IMG/VR virus record: IMGVR_UViG_3300001846_000277
Span: 3,664 to 67,663 of that record
Origin: a virus
Direction: 5' to 3' (one strand)
Length of the DNA: 64,000 nt
Below the pieces are notes generated by a model. The model worked only from the letters and a program-made list of their open reading frames with translations, did no database searches and was not told the origin of the DNA. Shown here piece after piece: positions 58,464 through 64,000 of the stretch; position 1 is the first letter of the stretch; every line of letters begins with the position of its first letter. The translations under genes were made by a program, and so were the position numbers.

Positions 58464-59219
58464 TAATTGATCCGTGGTTTGTCTGTGAAATTCAACTCCG
58501 TCATGCATACAATCTCTAGCCTCCATGCTTCCTGACGTAGGATTAATATATTGCATATCAACACTTAATAAAAAATCTAGTTCTCCTTCCCAAGTAAAGT
58601 TTACAACAGGAACTCCTAAACTTTGCCATACTAGATTGAAGCTTTCAATACTTGCAAACACAGATTTTTTAAGTTCTCCTATGTCTTGAATGTATCTTTT
58701 GCTCCACCATTTTCCGTCGATTGATCTTGTTCCACTCATATCTTTCCAACGAATACTACCATCATCATCTTCAAATCCAAATTGTTTTCTTGTAATCTGT
58801 GGCCACTGTGCTACTACTAATTTTGGCAAGGGTAAATTATTTAATTTCCATAAAAGACTGTTAAAATGTAGAACTTCAGGACTACTAGCTTGTTTTCCTA
58901 TATTGACTAAATCAAGTTGCAACTCATTTGCTAACATACTACACCATATATCTTCAGTGTTTAACCCAACACCCTCTGTATAACTACATCCAGTTGCAAG
59001 TAGGAAAGGTTTTGAAATGTCATTTATTTCTTGCGTTCGATAACCTAGGCTGTTAAAATCATATCGAATTGTTTCTTTATGATATTTCCAGTCTTTTGGC
59101 ATTTTTTTACAATTCTTTTTATATTCGTCTTGATCGTCGGTTGAGAAAAAATACATGCTTTTACCGTTTGTTTCTTGATCAACTAGCAAAGGACTATTTT
59201 TTTGAAAAAAGAGGGCCAT
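58443..59219 (-). CDS. SGNH-like protein (GCS variant)
   Basis: LLATGCSYTEG, NIGKQASS, RDCMHDG; GGAG SD before ATG 59219. Confidence 0.55.
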   Translation of the reverse strand: MALFFQKNSPLLVDQETNGKSMYFFSTDDQDEYKKNCKKMPKDWKYHKETIRYDFNSLGYRTQEINDISKPFLLATGCSYTEGVGLNTEDIWCSMLANELQLDLVNIGKQASSPEVLHFNSLLWKLNNLPLPKLVVAQWPQITRKQFGFEDDDGSIRWKDMSGTRSIDGKWWSKRYIQDIGELKKSVFASIESFNLVWQSLGVPVVNFTWEGELDFLLSVDMQYINPTSGSMEARDCMHDGVEFHRQTTDQLLASNKI

Positions 59220-59234
59220 AAAAATTACTCCAAA

Positions 59235-59254
59235 TAAATAACTACGTATATTTA
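59235..59254. promoter_or_regulatory. overlapping divergent late promoters
   Basis: Plus TAAATA (59235-59240); minus TAAATA (59254..59249); both genes have GGAG SDs. Confidence 0.55.
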
Positions 59255-59271
59255 AAAATATCGGAGTCATA

Positions 59272-60639
59272 GTGTCTTATAACTGGTTTAACTGTCTATA
59301 TTTTAGTCCAAGAAACAAATGCTTGCCTGAGCTAATAATGCAAGATGGTAATAGAGCACCGTTGCGACAAATAAGTAAAATAGAAATGCTTATGGATATT
59401 ACCAAAGAAAGTTTTGTTGGTAAATTTAAAGAACCATTGATTATCTATAATGGCACCCATAATATTCCTAATTTAGATAAACTTTTTATAAGCGATACAC
59501 ACACCAACATTTTGAAAACTCAGCGTGTGCATTTTTTCTTTATGGAAGTGCTTACACACTATATTCCTAATCCGTGGGGAAAACTAGAACCACATATTCT
59601 TAAAATTGACAACGAGCCTGAAAAATTAAACAAAATTAGATGCTACGAACTTGATACATTAAATCAATGGGCAAAAGAAAATGATATAGATTTGTATGTA
59701 TACTGCACTGATCATAAAAGTTGGGAATATTATCAAAAAATATATCCTAACATAAAATTAAGAAGCATGGATTTATTTGTAAGTTGGTATAGTAGTAGAT
59801 TTCAATTACAAGAAGAATATAACAGAAGTGGCATGCTTCCAGGTGATATCTATCCAGTTATAGAATATAAAAAAATTAGAAAGAAGTTTTTTAGTGGATC
59901 ATGGAGATATGATCCAAGTAGACATTTTATTACAGCATTTCTTGCAAGCGAAGGATTGACAAAAGATAACGAGATTAGTTTTTATCATAAATCAAGCAAC
60001 GAAGATATGATTGCAAATATGTGGTTTGATTGGGAAAAGTTTGCAAATAAACATCCTGCTATGAGTCAATCATTATTAAAAGGAAATGAATTATTGCAAC
60101 CACAACTTCCTTTGAGTTTTGAAGTTAAAAATCCTATATCTTGCGATTTAAAACAAGGCGATCCTGATTACAATACGCCAGGCATGTATAACAGACGTAG
60201 AACACAAGATCCATATAAAACCTACGAACGTGTATTTTGCGCAATCATAAACGAAAGTAGAGTTACTCAACCTTGGCCAAATGTCAGCGAAAAGACACTT
60301 AATGCAATGAAAAGTTTTAGACCATTTGTTTTAGTAGCAGCACCACACACATTAAAATATTTGAAAGAAATGGGATACAAAACATTCAGTGACTTTTGGC
60401 CTGAAGATTATGATGATATACAATGCACAAGCGACAGATTAGTAGAAGTTTGTAATACTATAAAATATATCGATTCATTTAGTATAGAAGATTGTAGAAA
60501 AATTTACAAAAAATTGATACCAAGGTTAATGCACAATTATAATGTTTTGCAAAAGAATTATAAATGGTTTGATGAATACAATTTAAAATTAGATTCCCAA
60601 AGTTCATCAGCCCAGTATGTATGTGCAGGCAATCTATGA
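59272..60639 (+). CDS. putative GT-B glycosyltransferase, paralog 4 of 4 (GTG start)
   Basis: AIINESR, VSEKTLNA, PFVLV, LKEMGYKTF...EDYDD. Confidence 0.5.
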   Translation: MSYNWFNCLYFSPRNKCLPELIMQDGNRAPLRQISKIEMLMDITKESFVGKFKEPLIIYNGTHNIPNLDKLFISDTHTNILKTQRVHFFFMEVLTHYIPNPWGKLEPHILKIDNEPEKLNKIRCYELDTLNQWAKENDIDLYVYCTDHKSWEYYQKIYPNIKLRSMDLFVSWYSSRFQLQEEYNRSGMLPGDIYPVIEYKKIRKKFFSGSWRYDPSRHFITAFLASEGLTKDNEISFYHKSSNEDMIANMWFDWEKFANKHPAMSQSLLKGNELLQPQLPLSFEVKNPISCDLKQGDPDYNTPGMYNRRRTQDPYKTYERVFCAIINESRVTQPWPNVSEKTLNAMKSFRPFVLVAAPHTLKYLKEMGYKTFSDFWPEDYDDIQCTSDRLVEVCNTIKYIDSFSIEDCRKIYKKLIPRLMHNYNVLQKNYKWFDEYNLKLDSQSSSAQYVCAGNL

Positions 60640-61316
60640 TGCCAATACATTTGTCCTTCAACACTGTATCCTTGGTTTAGACAATTTTCAAAAAAGCTGT
60701 AATTTTCATCGTCCCAATATAAAAAATTTTCTTTGTCAATTTTATCAGCATAATATTTGTATCTTTTGGAATTTTCACATGCTTGAAAACTATTCCTAAA
60801 TGTATAACTTAAACTATTTGCTTTAAAAAAACTTTGTAATTCAATTATATTCATATACCTGTTTATTTGCCATTGCACAGGATTAATAAAAAGATGTTTG
60901 CTTAATGAATCTAAATTTTTGCGTATAGCAACTGGAGCCCAATCAGGATAATGCTGTGGATGTAAGTGTAAAACTTTTTTATCTGGTGAATAAGGAATAA
61001 ATTTGTTTAAATTATATCTGTTTCTATCCCAATGATCATAAAAATATTCAGTGCGTTCAGCACCTGTCCAGTTAATAAAAAAATGTGTTGTTTTTGCTTT
61101 TTCAGGGTTATCTAATATCCAAAGCAATGTTGTTCTTTTGATGTAATCATTGCTACCACCAGGCATTGCAATATTTGTATACTTCCAACCAAGCTTCTTT
61201 GCAATTTGAGCTGAATAACAATTTTCTCTATTGTAATTGCCTTCGCCTATACCGCTGCCTTCAATTTCACTTCCGGCTGTGTGACTACATCCATTGATAA
61301 ACAAATGATCAAACAT
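60558..61316 (-). CDS. SGNH-like protein (GCS variant)
   Basis: LFINGCSHTAG, NIAMPGGSN, C-terminal HH...AH. Confidence 0.55.
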   Translation of the reverse strand: MFDHLFINGCSHTAGSEIEGSGIGEGNYNRENCYSAQIAKKLGWKYTNIAMPGGSNDYIKRTTLLWILDNPEKAKTTHFFINWTGAERTEYFYDHWDRNRYNLNKFIPYSPDKKVLHLHPQHYPDWAPVAIRKNLDSLSKHLFINPVQWQINRYMNIIELQSFFKANSLSYTFRNSFQACENSKRYKYYADKIDKENFLYWDDENYSFFENCLNQGYSVEGQMYWHHRLPAHTYWADELWESNFKLYSSNHL

Positions 61317-62277
61317 TTACAGGTTCCTTTGGGATAATTATATCAGTTCCACAATGACAATGTTGTTTACTACATATAACTGGTTGCAAATCAAATGTCA
61401 AGTGTTCATCTAATATATTTCCGTGATTATTGCCTACACCACAACTTGCACTACTAATATCGCCACGTGGATTGATAAAAAGTGCATCATCTACAAAACA
61501 CTTCCAACCAGCAAAAAAGTTTTGTCGTGCAGCAATAATTTTATTGCTGTTTACAGGTTCTATACCTGTGTCGTAGTGTGCATTACTAATTGCTTTGTTT
61601 TGTCTATAAGGTTTTGGAATAGTTTGCACACTTTCAAATTGTGCTTGTTCTAAAAATTCCACTTTTGCAAGATCTTTGTATTCCCACGGTCCTGCGTTGA
61701 CACTCATTTCATCAAACAATGGCGTCCATTCTAAATTGTAATTTGGCACTTCTTTGCGCACACGTTCACCAAACTCTTTTACTTCCCAAAACCGTTCTTC
61801 GTGCATCAGCATCTTTGTGCAAAGATAATCAACTTTGTCGCATAAAAATTGTGCATTTTCAATATAACGATCTTTTTTGCTAAACTCTACATGAAAACTT
61901 GCAACAATGTCATCAAACAAGTGATAATGCTGTTCCCAATAACGCAAAGGTCTTGACAGATTTGTGTTTACCGCAACCGTAAGACTATCTCCTAATTCTG
62001 ATTTCAAATATTCAGTAAGCGGAATAAAGTTTTCCCAATGTGTGGGTTCTCCTCCGCTGTAGAATATTTTGAAATACTTGTAGCCTCTGTCTTGATATTG
62101 TTGGAAAATATTTCTTACATTTTGTTTGTAAGTATCAAGTGCTCCATTGTTGCGATTGTCTCCTGCCCAGTTTCCTGGATTGCAATAGCTACACTGGAAG
62201 TTACAAAAGTTATTCACTTGCCATGTGATAGTAGCATACGGTTCTGCCATTGGTGTGATTTTAAGTAAATTAGACAT
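61309..62277 (-). CDS. radical SAM enzyme, type B
   Basis: WQVNNFCNFQCSYC; GGEP; WKC...SC...C....C.C..D. Confidence 0.9.
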   Translation of the reverse strand: MSNLLKITPMAEPYATITWQVNNFCNFQCSYCNPGNWAGDNRNNGALDTYKQNVRNIFQQYQDRGYKYFKIFYSGGEPTHWENFIPLTEYLKSELGDSLTVAVNTNLSRPLRYWEQHYHLFDDIVASFHVEFSKKDRYIENAQFLCDKVDYLCTKMLMHEERFWEVKEFGERVRKEVPNYNLEWTPLFDEMSVNAGPWEYKDLAKVEFLEQAQFESVQTIPKPYRQNKAISNAHYDTGIEPVNSNKIIAARQNFFAGWKCFVDDALFINPRGDISSASCGVGNNHGNILDEHLTFDLQPVICSKQHCHCGTDIIIPKEPVNV

Positions 62278-63553
62278 ATGCTCTTAGCCACTCCAACTCT
62301 GGAAACGTTGCCCAAAAATCTTCTTTGCGATGTTGATCTAATCCATGATTCTTTTCAAAAAATTGTTTTAGTTTAACAGTATCAAGTTTGCCTGTGTTCA
62401 TAAATTGTATAACACTATCAATCTTTCCTAATACATCTTTTACCACATCAGGCTTTGTGGCAATACGATCTTTGATTTTGTCATATGCCCATGCTTTGTA
62501 ATCAATATACTTGCTGCGTAATTCTATTTTAAAATCATTGGGTATACTATCTAATCTCATAAAGTCAGGATCTGTAAGCATGTTTAATCTACAATTTTCA
62601 ATGTCTACTAATCCACGTTCTACCCAGTCCTGATGAAAGTCTGGCCAATTCCATGCATTGTATAAACTAATAGTAGGCGTAAGTTCAAAGTGTATGTTTG
62701 GCAATTCCTCAAGCATTTCTTGTCTATTGCGCTCTACAGTTTCCCAATGTGTTCCGTGTCGCATGAATTCTGCTCTTGAACCCATTGCATCTAAACTTGC
62801 ACTAACTTGAATATCAGGAAATTCTCGCCAATAATCAATAATACTTTTTTGCTTAAATCTTAAATTACTGAAGTTTGTGGTATAGCGTAATCTTACATCT
62901 GTTTTGCCAGTTTCAATCCAATGATCTAAAATCTTATAGTGTTCGTTTGTAATCAGTGGCTCACCACCTGCCCAGTATACTTCTTCAACATCAGGCAAGT
63001 ATTGCTGCAATTCATCCCAAAAGTTTTTGTGCTTTGCAACATTAACAATAATGCTGCCGTTGTTTTTAAGTATGTTTGCAACTTCGTGTTTACCATATAG
63101 CTCACCATGTTCTTGTGCATGTAAACTGCTCAACTCAGGTCCGCATGTCCTACACTTCATATTGCAAATATTGCTGAAACGTATGTCCATGTATGCCATG
63201 CGCATTTCGTCAATGCTGCCATCAGCATTTGTTTTTTCTACCAAATCAAAATGCTTATCACCAAACCACTGATTGTGATTTTTGCGCAATGTCCAAATGT
63301 AAGTGCTGTCTTCAAGTTCATAGCAACGTCTACAGCAATCCAGTTTTTCGCCTTTTAGCATAGCAAGACGTAGTTCTCGATACTTGTCGCTGTTCCATAC
63401 TTCTGCGATAGTGTTTTCTTTTACATTGCCAAAAGGTTGATCACTATCTGCAATACAACAAGGCATAGCCCTGCCATCAGGCCAGGCGTGCATGTGTATC
63501 CAAGGCAAGATACAGAACGCTTTATTCTTTTTTAATAAATGTTCTTTATCCAT
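62270..63553 (-). CDS. radical SAM enzyme, type A
   Basis: FCILPW...PCC...C..C; CNMKCRTC; GGEP. Confidence 0.9.
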   Translation of the reverse strand: MDKEHLLKKNKAFCILPWIHMHAWPDGRAMPCCIADSDQPFGNVKENTIAEVWNSDKYRELRLAMLKGEKLDCCRRCYELEDSTYIWTLRKNHNQWFGDKHFDLVEKTNADGSIDEMRMAYMDIRFSNICNMKCRTCGPELSSLHAQEHGELYGKHEVANILKNNGSIIVNVAKHKNFWDELQQYLPDVEEVYWAGGEPLITNEHYKILDHWIETGKTDVRLRYTTNFSNLRFKQKSIIDYWREFPDIQVSASLDAMGSRAEFMRHGTHWETVERNRQEMLEELPNIHFELTPTISLYNAWNWPDFHQDWVERGLVDIENCRLNMLTDPDFMRLDSIPNDFKIELRSKYIDYKAWAYDKIKDRIATKPDVVKDVLGKIDSVIQFMNTGKLDTVKLKQFFEKNHGLDQHRKEDFWATFPELEWLRAYV

Positions 63554-64000
63554 TTAATAATCCTGCAAGTTCTGGGAATGTCTCGATAAAATTCTCATTG
63601 CGAATTTTATCACGTCTAATAGTATTATGTATAAACTCTTTACCGTGTTCTTCCCAAGTATGAGCACTGGTTGCAAAACGCATTGCATTTTCTACATGCT
63701 GCACACACCAGTATTCGTCTTTGATTTGATTGATTAGTTTTAACAATCCTAATGTGCCTTTTTCTTTTTCTTCTGGTGGCAAGTTTTGCGCACTGTAAAA
63801 ACTTGGATTTAGCAAATGATAAATGCTGATATAATCGTGTTTGCGAAGCAAATCTTTATCAATCATATAAGTGAAAAAATCACCTAGTGTGACATAATTC
63901 AAGTTGCTTAACACACAGTTAAATTGATAATTAATAAAGTCTACATCTCTAATTTTGCGTAAATTGTTTTCTACTGTATGCCATTTAGTGCCATTGCGTA
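63546..64000 (-). CDS. C-terminal part of another type A radical SAM enzyme (runs off window)
   Basis: The frame is open to the window edge (RNGTKWHTVENNL...) and ends RDKIRNENFIETFPEL, like the other type A C-termini. The CxxxCxxC motif is outside the window. Confidence 0.7.
   Translation of the reverse strand, partial: RNGTKWHTVENNLRKIRDVDFINYQFNCVLSNLNYVTLGDFFTYMIDKDLLRKHDYISIYHLLNPSFYSAQNLPPEEKEKGTLGLLKLINQIKDEYWCVQHVENAMRFATSAHTWEEHGKEFIHNTIRRDKIRNENFIETFPELAGLLNG

Noticed and set aside
294-62268. Many 60-236 aa ORFs antisense or nested within long genes (e.g. 2813-3442, 3614-4174, 5463-5768, 32760-33470)
   Set aside because: They are shadow frames of motif-bearing genes, with no start signals or recognisable domains.
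14317-63553. Naming the radical SAM genes moaA, queE, pqqE, anSME or viperin
   Set aside because: Family-specific motifs and partner genes are absent; such labels would be default best-hit annotations.
4291-64000. Classical RiPP cluster with short precursor genes in intergenic space
   Set aside because: Intergenic gaps are under about 75 nt and are occupied by promoter motifs. No transporter or precursor array is seen; only the 74-aa ORF at 32326 remains a weak candidate.
1-64000. CRISPR array, tRNA/rRNA genes, integrase or transposase
   Set aside because: No regularly spaced direct repeats, cloverleaf-like segments or recombinase motifs were seen, and there is almost no non-coding space.
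1-64000. Alternative genetic code (stop-codon recoding as in some large phages)
   Set aside because: TAA, TAG and TGA all terminate full-length, tightly coupled genes under code 11.
1-64000. Eukaryotic giant virus origin
   Set aside because: SD sequences, sigma70 promoters, T4-like late motifs and coupled operons point to a bacterial host.

Overview
AT-rich, very densely coded 64 kb segment, most likely from a large T4-like (jumbo/myovirus-type) bacteriophage. Support: TATAAATA/TAA(A/G)TA late-promoter-like motifs at all 9 divergent junctions, an Mtd_N-type tail-fibre gene and bacterial SD/sigma70 signals. No capsid, terminase or polymerase gene is in the window, so phage origin is inferred. 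Bases 1-6270 hold a 5'-truncated DUF2201/VWA metallopeptidase, four hypothetical genes, a tail-fibre-like protein and an S8 protease with a cupredoxin-like domain. Bases 6267-64000 are an almost uninterrupted island of about 64 genes, most of them tailoring enzymes. It has 20 complete radical SAM enzymes plus one partial (four architectures, one cobalamin-binding), about 10 Fe(II)/2OG-type oxygenases, 8 SGNH-like proteins, 5 glycosyltransferase-like proteins and 3 SAM methyltransferases. It also has 2 amidinotransferases, 2 PLP enzymes, 2 nitroreductase-like proteins, an NDP-sugar 4,6-dehydratase, a QueC-like PP-loop enzyme, a fatty-acid desaturase and a second fibre-like gene. Regulation appears two-tiered: three near-consensus sigma70 promoters and many late-type promoters, most placed 4-5 nt before the start codon (leaderless mRNAs). 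An RBS-occluding hairpin precedes the tail-fibre gene. The leading hypothesis (inference) is a phage-encoded system for building and hypermodifying virion-surface glycans or proteins, or another product; the substrate is unknown. Family calls come from motif recognition only, as no database search was run. The ORF track mislabels 7165..7731 as '+' (it is on '-'), and several starts were corrected. No tRNA, rRNA or CRISPR array was seen.
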